The notes beneath the pieces are model-generated. The model had not been told where the DNA came from, searched no databases, and saw only the letters and a list, made by a program, of their open reading frames with translations. DNA of 64,000 bases from contig JARGFZ010000003.1 in the NCBI GenBank assembly GCA_029210965.1, forward strand, positions 55,893-119,892, written 5' to 3'. Made by a program: the position numbers and the translations under genes. Origin of the DNA: a bacterium. Lineage in GTDB: Bacteria > BMS3Abin14. Positions 49,457 to 59,420 of this stretch are shown one piece after another; positions within the stretch are counted from its first letter, which is position 1, and every line of letters starts with the position of its first letter.

Positions 49457-49928
49457 GGTTAGGCTCCCGTGTTTGTTTGGCCTTACTGTTGGTATTACAA
49501 GAGCAAGGGCTGGACCAAATATAGAATGCAGAAAAAAGAACGCAGAATGTAGAATAAAAACAGACACTTGGAGCACAATCACAGGATGTGAACAGGATCA
49601 TGGCTACTGCAATGAGCGTTCGGATTTCGAACGGGTGTATGGAAATCGGAGGGCAAAATGGAAAGTGGAAGGTGGAAGGTACATGAACACACAAAAGGGA
49701 ACAGAGGAAAATATTGACGAGGAAGACGATAGTCTTTTTTATTTTTACATTTTACTTGCTACTAAAAGAAGCAGGCGGCCCGAAAGCCGCCTGAGTCATT
49801 CATTCGATAGTTTGTAACTACAGCATCGTATAATAAATTTTAACCCACCACAGCTTCTGAAGGGTAGTTTAAGACAAACCGTAGGTCGGCAAAATATGAG
49901 GCCGAACCCTAAAAATTTAATTCCAGGG

Positions 49929-50675
49929 CTATTGATCACCCATATTGAACTGATCGAGAGAGACCTTCTTATAACCTTGCGGGACCTGGAAAGTGGAGGC
50001 AGGCAGATTCTCCTCAACCAGCTCTTCCACGGGCGCCGATACCCCGCTTACAGAGTCCTCATCCACCACCTCTTCCATCATGAGCCAGCCCTTTTTCATC
50101 AGATCAAGGTAGGAAGATGACATGTCAACGGTGTCCCCGTTCATCCCGAGATCCTTGCACACCATCATTTTTTTCATGTGTTCATTTGCCTGGTCCCCGA
50201 AAGATCTATAGAAATTTGCCAGCTGGGCGTCCTCGGCCATCCACACTGTTCTTTCCAGCTGGCCGTTGTCCATCACCTGGTATTTAGTCGTCGCGTATCC
50301 GGCAACGGGCTCTCCTTTGCCGACCTTCTTTACAGTCACATTGGGCTTCGGCCTTGATTCGTTCATCTGCTTCATCTGGGCGAGCATTTCCGGAGGAGCG
50401 CCTGCGTACATCTTTTTGAGAACCTGACAGAACTCCTCGAACTTGAAGGTCGTGTATGTCCGTGAATCGTGATCTACCATCGTGACGGTGCCCTTCCTGA
50501 AATCCATGATCGATTCAGGGCCTCCGGCCTCCGGCGAGGGAACCTGTTTTACAATACCATCGCCGTAGTAGAACACACCCTCCTGGCTCGTTTCAACCCA
50601 CCCGGCGAAAGCAGGGAAGGCAGACAGTACCAAAAGGGCCAGGGCCGCACTGAAAATTCTCCGAAATCTCATCAT
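49929..50675 (-). CDS. DUF4412 domain secreted protein
   Basis: signal peptide; C-terminal ...FQVPQGYKK typical of DUF4412; gaggag RBS. Confidence 0.65.
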   Translation of the reverse strand: MMRFRRIFSAALALLVLSAFPAFAGWVETSQEGVFYYGDGIVKQVPSPEAGGPESIMDFRKGTVTMVDHDSRTYTTFKFEEFCQVLKKMYAGAPPEMLAQMKQMNESRPKPNVTVKKVGKGEPVAGYATTKYQVMDNGQLERTVWMAEDAQLANFYRSFGDQANEHMKKMMVCKDLGMNGDTVDMSSSYLDLMKKGWLMMEEVVDEDSVSGVSAPVEELVEENLPASTFQVPQGYKKVSLDQFNMGDQ

Positions 50676-50724
50676 GTTCTCCTCTTATGTTTTTTCCATG
50701 GGGGCGCCCCCTGGAATTTTAACT

Positions 50725-51351
50725 TTACCTGCTCGGTATCTTCATACCACCCGGCATTCCTGCAGGCATTCCTGCAGGCATTCCTGCAGGCATGGCAAAC
50801 TTGCTGAACCCCTGGGGGACTTCAAAGAGAGCCGGATCCTGTTTTCCAACATTCAGCTCCGTGATCTCGGATTTGACCTGCATATTGCGAGCTCCATCGG
50901 AAACCTGCATGTCGTTCTTGACCAGGATGCCGTCGTCGGTGAGCCAGCTGAAGCCTTCGAGCCTGTTGCCCTGGGGATCCTGGGCCACCGTCCTGTACTT
51001 TGTCGCAGCGATGCCGTTCACCGTCTCCTTGCCAAGGCTCTCCTTCTCCAGATATTTCAGGTTGCCGCCCCCGCCGGGAGCCGCCGCGATGGGCTTTTCC
51101 ATGTACATTTTCTGCTTGGGCATGAGGATCCACATGACCCCCTTGTCGAAGCGGATGATCTGGATGGAATCGTGCATCTCCATGCGCTTCATGCCGGGCG
51201 CTGCGAAGACCTTCGATTCCACATCACCGCGTTCTGTACTCATACGCTGAGTCGCGCTGTATTGGGCGGTTGAGTCATCAGCCTGAACGGAAGAGATGGC
51301 AATCGCTGTATAAAAGCTGACCAACAGAATATACATAACGGTTTTTTTCAT
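50725..51351 (-). CDS. DUF4412 domain secreted protein, tandem paralogue with C-terminal (PAGM)x3 repeat
   Basis: signal peptide; ...FEVPQGFSKF; C-terminus AMPAGMPAGMPAGMPGGM encoded by a 12-nt tandem repeat at 50753..50791. Confidence 0.65.
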   Translation of the reverse strand: MKKTVMYILLVSFYTAIAISSVQADDSTAQYSATQRMSTERGDVESKVFAAPGMKRMEMHDSIQIIRFDKGVMWILMPKQKMYMEKPIAAAPGGGGNLKYLEKESLGKETVNGIAATKYRTVAQDPQGNRLEGFSWLTDDGILVKNDMQVSDGARNMQVKSEITELNVGKQDPALFEVPQGFSKFAMPAGMPAGMPAGMPGGMKIPSR

Positions 51352-51360
51352 TTGTTTCTC

Positions 51361-51464
51361 CTATTGTTTAACCAGTTCCACACGGCGGTTCTTTGCCCGC
51401 CCTCCGTCGCTGGTGTTTGCCATGACCGGTGCCAGGGGGCCGACGCCTTCACCTCGCAGGCGGC
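51361..51464 (-). repeat. duplicated 3' fragment of the OmpA-family gene (~89% identical to 53391..53493)
   Basis: encodes ...SRLRGEGVGPLAPVMANTSDGGRAKNRRVELVKQ* in its own frame, matching the C-terminus of the OmpA gene at 53388..54305; only ~48 codons are open. Confidence 0.75.
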
Positions 51465-52789
51465 TGACGCCACAGATTGTTATGTGTAAGGCCCGAATTC
51501 CCACTGATCAACATCTCGGAGGAGCGGTTCATGTTCTGCTTGCCGGACAGTGTGTTAGACCATTCACTATCCAGGAAATGCCACCTCCAGATGAAGTACC
51601 TTTTGGCACACGCTTTCTTGCCGAGCACCGTATTCCCGAAGCTGCATCCCCCCCATTCACTCTTTTTGCTTGTGGCTGCGTCTCCGAGGGTAAAGGTTTG
51701 CACCACCGTCCGGCTGGACGCTGTATTGGCATTAAGATAGGCATTAGCGACTGTCCGCCCGTCCATCCACTGTTTCGCAAACGGAACGGTCTGGGTCGGA
51801 TAGAAATTGATGAACCGCGATCCTAAAACAGTATTGACCCCTATCCCCTGCCATGCGGAGGCGAGGCGGCTGCCCCAGCAACTCGTGTGATGCACCAGCC
51901 GGATGGGCAGGAACCGGTATCCGGTCGTCCCTCCGTCGGGTCCGGCGAGGCCACCGATGTCCGCTGCCGTAACCTGGTCGTTATTGGTCAGGCTGTACGG
52001 CCCGAAGCTAGCCCGGAATCTTCCGTCGGACCCGCCGTGAGAGATGATCCATATGTCGATGGTGTACCCCTCATCGGCGAGGCGCTTTATATAGGCAAAC
52101 AGGTTGTTTTTGGTCGGCGCGTCCTTGATGTTGACGGTTCGTTCATCCTGCTCGGACAGATCCAGCCACGGTTCCACATTGTCATGCTTGAGAATAACGT
52201 TAAAATCGTAAAGTTCCATGATCTTTTTCAGTTTGACCGTCTCCTGGAAAAAGGATTTGAAGGGACTGTCGGCCATATAGGAAAAGATGATCCCGGCTTT
52301 GCGACCCGTCAGCTTCGGCAGCAACGGTTCAGCCTCGTTTTGCTGGGCCGGTGGTGGAGTCGAAGAGGTCGATGGAGGCGGTGCAGACGTGCCTGCGGCC
52401 GGCGTCCTGATGACCGGTGTTCTGATGACAGGTTGGCGTGTCTGCCACAGTGGCGCAACAGGTGTGGTGCCCACCGGGCGCGGTTGCACAACCGGTGTGG
52501 TGGCCGTTGGTTGCGTGCTTTGCTGCTGGGCGGGAGTTGAAACGGAAGGACTTGAAGTTGCAGCAGGAGCCGTCCATGTACCTGGCTGCGGCGCCTGTAC
52601 AGTTTGAACTGTGCTGGCAGTTGGCTGTGATGGGATGGTCTGCGTGGGCTGCTGTATCTGCTGGGGTTGCGTGGTGGTCATCGCACCGCCCCAGACGGGA
52701 AGGTTGCCGGCTGATGCCCAACTGCTGCCAAACAGCACACCCGCCGCTACAGTAAGGGGAAATAAGGATTTAAACCGGAAATTTTTCAC
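51449..52789 (-). CDS. secreted protein with long Pro/Thr/Gln-rich linker and uncharacterised C-terminal domain (possible His/Cys hydrolase)
   Basis: GTG start with gaggag RBS, signal peptide, ~130 aa of PTQS low complexity, then a globular domain (…IWIISHGGSDG…LVHHTSCWGS…); its 3' end runs into the duplicated OmpA fragment in another frame. Confidence 0.55.
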   Translation of the reverse strand: MKNFRFKSLFPLTVAAGVLFGSSWASAGNLPVWGGAMTTTQPQQIQQPTQTIPSQPTASTVQTVQAPQPGTWTAPAATSSPSVSTPAQQQSTQPTATTPVVQPRPVGTTPVAPLWQTRQPVIRTPVIRTPAAGTSAPPPSTSSTPPPAQQNEAEPLLPKLTGRKAGIIFSYMADSPFKSFFQETVKLKKIMELYDFNVILKHDNVEPWLDLSEQDERTVNIKDAPTKNNLFAYIKRLADEGYTIDIWIISHGGSDGRFRASFGPYSLTNNDQVTAADIGGLAGPDGGTTGYRFLPIRLVHHTSCWGSRLASAWQGIGVNTVLGSRFINFYPTQTVPFAKQWMDGRTVANAYLNANTASSRTVVQTFTLGDAATSKKSEWGGCSFGNTVLGKKACAKRYFIWRWHFLDSEWSNTLSGKQNMNRSSEMLISGNSGLTHNNLWRQPPAR

Positions 52790-52978
52790 ACATTGCTCCT
52801 CGTGGGGCTGATGCTGGAAGGTGGCGGCCCCCCGGACAAATTGCTTTTCGGGTTGGAAATCCCTTCCAGACTTAATTGCATTGCTCAGCTAGTGCGTAAC
52901 CTTAAGGGCTCGGTTCCTTTCCAGCCCCGGACCCGTTGTTCACAACTCCGCGATCCACTCCATTAATTACCAGGGGGA

Positions 52979-53302
52979 CTACCTGGCGATCCCGCCATAG
53001 GGTTTCCCCGGCAAATTCCCTTTCTGTATGACCACCGCTCTTTGTTCGCCGCTGCAAGTGTTCTGGATACGACAAATGATTTCGGTTCCGCGATCAAAGC
53101 AGGAACCTGGAACGTCCACCCAATCCGCAGTTGCTGGATCACATTTTTTATCCCCATCTGCCGACGGACTGGTAATGGAACCGGGTATTCTCGGTGTAGG
53201 TTTTGGCGCTATCTGCGGCTTCATTAGCATGACCGCGTATGAGGGTGAAGCCAATACTGCCAGCGCAAGCAGCGAAAAAACGATAAATGCGAACTTTTTC
53301 AT
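52979..53302 (-). CDS. small secreted Cys-containing protein
   Basis: aaaggag RBS, signal peptide MKKFAFIVFSLLALAVLASPSYA, 6 Cys in the mature part. Confidence 0.55.
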   Translation of the reverse strand: MKKFAFIVFSLLALAVLASPSYAVMLMKPQIAPKPTPRIPGSITSPSADGDKKCDPATADWVDVPGSCFDRGTEIICRIQNTCSGEQRAVVIQKGNLPGKPYGGIAR

Positions 53303-53387
53303 CCTCTTTCTCCTTTTTGGTTAGGAACTGTTTGGTAAGACACCTTTTTACCAGCCACTATCGAACGCCGTATCACAGCCTGCGGCG

Positions 53388-54305
53388 TTACTGTTTCACC
53401 AGTTCCACCCGCCGGTTCTTTGCCCGCCCTCCATCGCTGCTGTTTGCCAGCACCGGCACCAGGGGGCCAACGCCTTCACCTCGCAGGCGGCTTTTTGCGA
53501 TGCCGTACTTTACCGTCAGGACCTCCACCACCGCCCTGGCTCGGCGCACGGAAAGATCCCTGTTGTAATCCAGGCTCCCGACGCTGTCGGTATGTCCCAC
53601 GACGTAAAGATTCAGATCGGGCCTCTGAGCGAGGAGTTTCGCGATCTCGCCTAACGCTTGCTCGGATTCCGGTTTCACATCTGCTTTGTCGGTGTCGAAA
53701 TAGATGCCGTAGATGGAGGCGTGCCCGGTGCGGTCGATCTCGTCGGCCAGAGCATCGGCATCCACCTTGACCAGCCCCGTTTCCATGGGCTTTGATTCCA
53801 CGATCCCCAGGAAGGTCTTGTCGGTGCCCTTGCACACGTGGAGGTTTACGAAGATGTCACCTTCAGGCCGCGCAAGCCTGGCCGTGGCGTGTCGCTGCTC
53901 GAAACAGGCCCACCGGTAGTTGAGCATGGGATCCTCCGGGCCTGGTTTGCCGCACTCCTTGTCGGCGCAGGTAAAGAGAAACTCGAAGCCGCCGGCCTTC
54001 ATGGCTTCTTCGTAGTTCTGGTAGATCTCCAGGGTCGACCTTTTTTTAGGGTTCTGATAGACGATCCCGGTGGCCTTGCCCTTGACGGTTATGGTGTCAG
54101 CAAAACCGTCACGTCCTGATTTACCCGTGGGCATCTGCACTTCGTCGAAATCGCGGACAAAGGACTTGCCCCCCTTCGACCCGGGATAACGCTTGATCAA
54201 GGGATGGTCGCCGTCTTCGGCCCTGGAACCGGGAACCCAGGCGAACATTATTGCCGCCACCAGGACGAGAACAAATACCGTCAACGATGATTTTCCATAC
54301 AACAT
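53388..54305 (-). CDS. OmpA-family protein (N-terminal domain + C-terminal OmpA_C peptidoglycan-binding domain)
   Basis: signal/anchor; C-terminal OmpA_C motifs (…YVVGHTDSVGSLDYNRDLSVRRARAV…GRAKNRRVELV). Confidence 0.85.
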   Translation of the reverse strand: MLYGKSSLTVFVLVLVAAIMFAWVPGSRAEDGDHPLIKRYPGSKGGKSFVRDFDEVQMPTGKSGRDGFADTITVKGKATGIVYQNPKKRSTLEIYQNYEEAMKAGGFEFLFTCADKECGKPGPEDPMLNYRWACFEQRHATARLARPEGDIFVNLHVCKGTDKTFLGIVESKPMETGLVKVDADALADEIDRTGHASIYGIYFDTDKADVKPESEQALGEIAKLLAQRPDLNLYVVGHTDSVGSLDYNRDLSVRRARAVVEVLTVKYGIAKSRLRGEGVGPLVPVLANSSDGGRAKNRRVELVKQ

Positions 54306-54555
54306 GGCTCATTCTCCTTTATCAGTTCCCGGCAGGCAGCTTGCCCGCGAGATTTCTGACGCTCTTTTCGTCATTGTCTTCGCAGGTCCTGGAGGCGATC
54401 ACATCCGCCATTTTTCGCTCCGCTTACCCTTCCCGCACCAGGGGGTCGGAGCGGGATCAGGGCCGTTTTTGCCTTAACCGGCCCCGGATACCCCTTTATT
54501 GATCCAACTCCCACCCTTCCGAAAACAGGCAAGATGGGCCGGGATGATCCCCTCC

Positions 54556-55038
54556 TCATCTTGCCCAGTTCACGCGCACCCGGTTTTCACCCTCTTCATA
54601 GTGGACCGTCAGTTCCCCGCGATAGGACCTTTGGACGGAGTCGCCCAGGCGGCGGGCGAGGTGCACGCCGGTAGTTGTAATGCCGGTGGTACCACCGTCA
54701 TTCTCCATAGCCATGACCCTTTCCAGCGGATGCTCCCCCTTTTCCGCTTCCGCCACATTGCTGACCAGGTTCATGATCTCCTCGCGGTTCTCCGTGAAAA
54801 ATGGCCCGTCCAGGGTAAGATATCCGGCCGGATAGTTATCCCTGATCCGTCTGCACGCCGGACAGACCGTACTGACAACCTCCCCTGAAGGTGCGCTCCA
54901 CGTCCATCGGCCATCCACCACCGTCGCACCGCAATCCTTGCACACTGCCCCCCCGGGCGGCTTTTCCGCCAGCCTGTACGGATCCTTGTCCCCCTTGAAC
55001 CTCATCCTGTCTACCCGTCCGGTCTTCCACTTCGCCAT
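54556..55038 (-). CDS. hypothetical zinc-ribbon protein (NMD3-like CxxC...CxxC N-terminal module)
   Basis: ATG 55038 with ggagg RBS; CKDCG...CPACRRIRDNY zinc-ribbon pairs. Confidence 0.45.
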   Translation of the reverse strand: MAKWKTGRVDRMRFKGDKDPYRLAEKPPGGAVCKDCGATVVDGRWTWSAPSGEVVSTVCPACRRIRDNYPAGYLTLDGPFFTENREEIMNLVSNVAEAEKGEHPLERVMAMENDGGTTGITTTGVHLARRLGDSVQRSYRGELTVHYEEGENRVRVNWAR

Positions 55039-55424
55039 GATCGTACCTCCCCGGCCACGCCATGAGACATTCCAAGCCAACCATTCCCCTGTAATAATTA
55101 TACCTCTCTGGGGTAGATCCAGGGGCCGGTCCAACCGCGGGGTTTTCGAATTCATCTCTGTCTTATAGGTTTCCTCTTTCCTCTTTTCCCCTTTCCTTTT
55201 CCCGGCGGTGTGCTATAACCCTCCCCCAATGAAAAGAACCGCGTACGGAAAGATCCTGACCTTACTCCTTGCGGCCGGAGCTTTGGCAGCCGCAACCGCC
55301 GGGGGGTGGCTTTTCCTGGCCGCCTCCGACCTGCCCGACGTCCGTTTCCTGGCCGGGGCCGACACTGTCGTCAACCTGACGGTGCTACTGCCAGACCAGG
55401 GGGTCGGACCCCAAATGCATTAAG

Positions 55425-55847
55425 CTATTTCGGCGGCACGACGATTATGATCTCGGTCGTCATGTTCCCGGCCAGCCCGAACCATTCCGGGAGGTTCTTG
55501 TTGGTCGCCACCGAGATCTGCTGCTTGCCCATGTAGGCGGCAGGTCCGCCGCCGGGCTCACCAACGTAAAGGATCCAGGCTCCGTACTCTGCGTTTAAAG
55601 CCCAGTCTGGAAATTTATCCTGGTAGAACGCCCGCACATCTTCGACGGGTGCCGAACTGGCGAACCGGGCACCGACCACTTCGTCGCCCAGGCCTCCGTT
55701 GATGAATTCCACGCCCTTGTAAAGCGGTATCCCCGCTTCCTTGAGGATCTTCGCGTCCTTCGCCGGCAGATCCGCCGCAAAAGCGATGAAGGTCGATAAG
55801 ATCAACACCAGGCCAATTATTAAGGATATCTGTAATGTTTTTTTCAT
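55425..55847 (-). CDS. hypothetical secreted protein (paralogue of 55880..56296)
   Basis: signal peptide; C-terminus ...GEPGGGPAAYMGKQQI...EIIIVVPPK shared with the neighbouring gene. Confidence 0.55.
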   Translation of the reverse strand: MKKTLQISLIIGLVLILSTFIAFAADLPAKDAKILKEAGIPLYKGVEFINGGLGDEVVGARFASSAPVEDVRAFYQDKFPDWALNAEYGAWILYVGEPGGGPAAYMGKQQISVATNKNLPEWFGLAGNMTTEIIIVVPPK

Positions 55848-55879
55848 GGCTATCTCCTTGCGCTCCTCAGTTAATCAGC

Positions 55880-56296
55880 TCAACACTTCGCGTTATTTGG
55901 GTATCCGGACGGTGATCTCGGAATCTGTTGAACCCGGGGTCTCATCCGTGGTCCGAGTAAAGATGCACGGCTTTGTTGAAAGGTCCTTGGCCTCCATACC
56001 CCCGGGGCCCTTGTAGATGACCCTGCTCCCGTGACGTCCATTTCAGACCAGTCGGAGAACTTTTCCTCGTACCAGTCCATGATCTTGTCAGGGGAGTCCT
56101 TGGACTTGAACCACATGATGGTGGCGACCTCGTTATCCCCGGTGGTGTAACTGGCGCCCGGATACACCTGGACCCCGACACTTTCCAGGGCCTTTACCTG
56201 CTCTGCCGAGAGATCCTCCGCATAAGCAGCCATCGGTCCCGAGGCCACCATAACCATGCCCAGCAGCATTGCTGCAACTACTACTATTTTCTTCAT
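55880..56296 (-). CDS. hypothetical secreted protein, paralogue with apparent frameshift near 56020-56035
   Basis: N-terminal 2/3 in one frame; paralogue-matching C-terminus (…VIYKGPGG…EITVRIPK*) only appears in another frame. Confidence 0.5.
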   Translation of the reverse strand: MKKIVVVAAMLLGMVMVASGPMAAYAEDLSAEQVKALESVGVQVYPGASYTTGDNEVATIMWFKSKDSPDKIMDWYEEKFSDWSEMDVTGAGSSTRAPGVWRPRTFQQSRASLLGPRMRPRVQQIPRSPSGYPNNAKC

Positions 56297-56335
56297 ATTT
56301 CACCTCATTTCCAGGAATGCATCCGATCTTTCAGA

Positions 56336-58507
56336 TCACCACCGTTTATTCCCCGGGCATACAGCCATATCGTCCCACTGTTTGCCGCACCACGACCAAT
56401 CCTCAGAATCAGCGTATCCGACCGGCCACTCCCAGCCGATCCAGTAAGCGTTCATTTCTATATCAAAAAGGCTGTCTTTCGGCCTTCCGTCGCAGCTGGT
56501 GGGATCCCACTTGCTGCAGTTTTTTCCGTCCAGCTTTTTTTCCACTTCGTCCGGGACCAGGTCGCCGTCAAAATCCAGTTTATGGCGTTCAAAAAATGAC
56601 AAGGCCTGAGGGTTGGTCGCCCCCCACCACTCCCAGCGCTCTTTTTGATGCCGGGTTTCATGACGGGCCGTCTCCGCAAAGCAATCGATCCCCTTGGATT
56701 CTTTACCACCCAGAGCCTTTACTCTCGGCGCACAGGATTTCTGCATGATCCGATCGGTAAGAAACACTTTGTCTGCTGCGTAATCGTACTGCCCGATAGC
56801 CTTCGAACCATCCGTAGCTATTTTTACAGGCGTGTATGCCGGTTTATACCCCTTGCCGGCCTTCGTTTGCTTCCAGTAAAAGAACCAGTTGGGTATCGTT
56901 CCGCTCCCCGCACCGGGGTGGTTTAACGCATCCGGCGGGAAAAACAGTTGAACCACGACAGAGTCAGACTTCCCGCAGGCGCTGGCGGTGATCCTTTTTT
57001 TGCCCAATTGTGAGGTGTTCCCGGGAAGTCCTTCGAAACTGATCTTCACGGCGTTGGAGGCCGTCGCTGGATCAATCTTTTGCTTCGACCCGCTTAGCTC
57101 CTCCATTTTCCAGGATGCGTCGGCATCGCAGTCCCCCTTGACTTCCGCCTCTGCGTCGATCTCAAGTTCGCCAGGGTTTTCTTTGCCAAAGGTGAACTGA
57201 TCGTCTTTTACAGGTGTTACGATCTTGATGGATGAGGGTTCCTTCTTCTCGGTGGGCTCTTTTTTCGGCGGCCCGGAGATCACGATTGTTTTCTCACTTT
57301 TTAATATCTTCGGCTTTTTCCTCTCGATATACGCGATCCATTTCGTATCACCGGTTGTCGTTCCCAGCCTGGTGCGGCAGACCAGGTCCCATGGGGTATT
57401 TATGGTCGTGGTTCTAATGGTGTAAGAACCTGGCTGGCCCAGATCCACCGTGCATCCCTCTTTCTTGGGAACCGAATGTTTCCCCTCGAAATAGGCGCTT
57501 GAAGCAATAACCTCTTCCACTCCGCTGTCGGCAATCTGATCTATCTCACTGCATGAGAACTCTGCACCCTGGGGAGGTGGAGAGCCGGTGAGGTCGCACT
57601 CCAGGGTGTATATCCCACCCGGATTGGGCTTTGTGTAATCGGGCTCGGGTGCACCCTGCGATTTTTTCGCACCGGCTTCCCGCAGGGTTTCTTTCAACTC
57701 ATCATCACCGGTCAAGCTGGCCATATCCATGGCCGTCCCGCCACCTTTCCTTTTCTTCCCTTTCGAGCCCGGGGAACCCGCAGGAGCGTTCACATCCGCA
57801 CCGGCCTCGATTAGAGCTTTGGCTATCTTTGTTTTCCTCATGGAGACCGCTCGCATGAGCGGCGACGTCCCGTCTTCATCCTTTGCTTCCACATCCGCGC
57901 CGCTCTCGATAAGGATATCGACGATGTTGGCCTTCCCCGCCATGACGGCCAGGCTCAGCGGCCTCATTCCAAGGAACCCGACACCGTTCACGTCCGCGCC
58001 GGCTTCGATCAAAGCCGTGATGATTTCGACCTTCCCTGGCTTGATCGCCGATGAAAGGGCCGTCGCGCCGGTTTTGCCGTCCCTTGTATTTACATTGGCA
58101 CCGGCCTGGATAAGCGCCTTTACGGCATCGGCCTTGCCCTGGGAGACGAAACTCACGAGGACCGTCATGTTCATGAGATCGGATCTGGCGTTCACATCAG
58201 CGCCTTCCTGGGCCAGGAGGCTGATCATGGCCGGATCACGCGCGGCCATGATGACCGGCATGCCGCTGACACTCATGTTCACATCCGCGCCCTGGGTAAT
58301 GAGTCCCCTGACACGCTCCAGGTCACCCTTGCCAACAGCTTTGAAAAACTCTTTCTGGGCGGGGTCAGGGGGGCTGGCAGCGAGGGCCAACGGCTGAAGC
58401 GAGACGGCAGCAAGCATCAAGGCAAGGAACATTGAAGAAAACACATAAAAGCGCCCCGCTCCTGGGCCCTGTTTTATTAAAGCCCGCCCCATTATCAAAA
58501 GACTCAT
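56336..58507 (-). CDS. secreted ankyrin-repeat protein with large C-terminal domain carrying an HExxH motif
   Basis: ATG 58507 with ggagga RBS; >=6 ankyrin repeats (…GADVN… x6); C-terminal ~450 aa with many Cys and ARHETRHQ (HExxH). Confidence 0.7.
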   Translation of the reverse strand: MSLLIMGRALIKQGPGAGRFYVFSSMFLALMLAAVSLQPLALAASPPDPAQKEFFKAVGKGDLERVRGLITQGADVNMSVSGMPVIMAARDPAMISLLAQEGADVNARSDLMNMTVLVSFVSQGKADAVKALIQAGANVNTRDGKTGATALSSAIKPGKVEIITALIEAGADVNGVGFLGMRPLSLAVMAGKANIVDILIESGADVEAKDEDGTSPLMRAVSMRKTKIAKALIEAGADVNAPAGSPGSKGKKRKGGGTAMDMASLTGDDELKETLREAGAKKSQGAPEPDYTKPNPGGIYTLECDLTGSPPPQGAEFSCSEIDQIADSGVEEVIASSAYFEGKHSVPKKEGCTVDLGQPGSYTIRTTTINTPWDLVCRTRLGTTTGDTKWIAYIERKKPKILKSEKTIVISGPPKKEPTEKKEPSSIKIVTPVKDDQFTFGKENPGELEIDAEAEVKGDCDADASWKMEELSGSKQKIDPATASNAVKISFEGLPGNTSQLGKKRITASACGKSDSVVVQLFFPPDALNHPGAGSGTIPNWFFYWKQTKAGKGYKPAYTPVKIATDGSKAIGQYDYAADKVFLTDRIMQKSCAPRVKALGGKESKGIDCFAETARHETRHQKERWEWWGATNPQALSFFERHKLDFDGDLVPDEVEKKLDGKNCSKWDPTSCDGRPKDSLFDIEMNAYWIGWEWPVGYADSEDWSWCGKQWDDMAVCPGNKRW

Positions 58508-58539
58508 GCCTGACACTCCTCCAAAGAACCCGTTTTCGC

Positions 58540-59400
58540 TTAATCCAGAACGCTGTTAAGCCCCTTCAGGTCCAGGGAATTTTTGACATAACTTTCAACG
58601 CTTTCCCGGTCACCATACACATTGGCGTAAAGGACGAGCGCGCGGAGGTGGTTGGCAGGCGTCTGGACGCTCTTGGGAAAGATGACTTTCCAGTTCACCC
58701 GGTCAAACTCGCTCACCTCCCACCCGCCGATATAATATTTGTAACCAAGATGATCCTGGTTGTTCTTGTCGATACGGAACGCGTGGGTCACGCCGGGCGC
58801 CGTCATGTCATACTTCTTGCCGATATGTTCTCCGCCATCGTTAACGAGTACCCTCACAAAAAATTCGGAGGGCTTACCTGCAGGCGGTTGTGAACCCGGT
58901 TCACCCCCTGCAGCCTGACCCATCGCCCCCTCCATCTGTTTCTGGAGCATGGCGTTAAGCTGCAGCTGAGCCTGCTGCATTTTTTCCACATCCCCGGTCA
59001 TGGCCGCGTCCATCATCTCCTTCTCGAGTTCCTGGGCGGACTTTTCTTGCGCGGCCACTTGCCTTTCGGCAGCAGTGATCCGGTGGAATTTAAACCCAAG
59101 GTTAAGCCTCAGGGGGATCTTCCTGTCGTATTCGTAGATCAAAAGGTCATCACCCTGGCGAAATCCGCCCTGGTCGTCCCCCAAGGATGAACTGAGGTCC
59201 CGCTCCCAGCCGTCGAGGGGAGGCACCGCTGCCTTGACCTGATCAATGACGCGGTTGATGAACTGGATTTCGGCGGCAGTTGCCGGACTACCCTCATCGT
59301 CGCTGATAGGGTCGGCAGTGGCTCCTCCCTTAAATCCGGCCAGGAAGAAGAGTATGAGAAATACTGCCTTAAACTTGCGTGATAAATATCGTGTTTTCAT
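58540..59400 (-). CDS. hypothetical secreted protein
   Basis: signal peptide; Q/M/A-rich coiled region; no family recognised. Confidence 0.55.
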   Translation of the reverse strand: MKTRYLSRKFKAVFLILFFLAGFKGGATADPISDDEGSPATAAEIQFINRVIDQVKAAVPPLDGWERDLSSSLGDDQGGFRQGDDLLIYEYDRKIPLRLNLGFKFHRITAAERQVAAQEKSAQELEKEMMDAAMTGDVEKMQQAQLQLNAMLQKQMEGAMGQAAGGEPGSQPPAGKPSEFFVRVLVNDGGEHIGKKYDMTAPGVTHAFRIDKNNQDHLGYKYYIGGWEVSEFDRVNWKVIFPKSVQTPANHLRALVLYANVYGDRESVESYVKNSLDLKGLNSVLD

Positions 59401-59420
59401 TTCATATCCCTGGTTAATTG

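Noticed and set aside
52287-52721. Several 100-130-aa ORFs on both strands inside 51449..52789
   Set aside because: They are antisense or alternative-frame translations of the Pro/Thr/Gln-rich linker of the secreted protein, and their composition is dominated by Ala/Gly/Cys/His runs.
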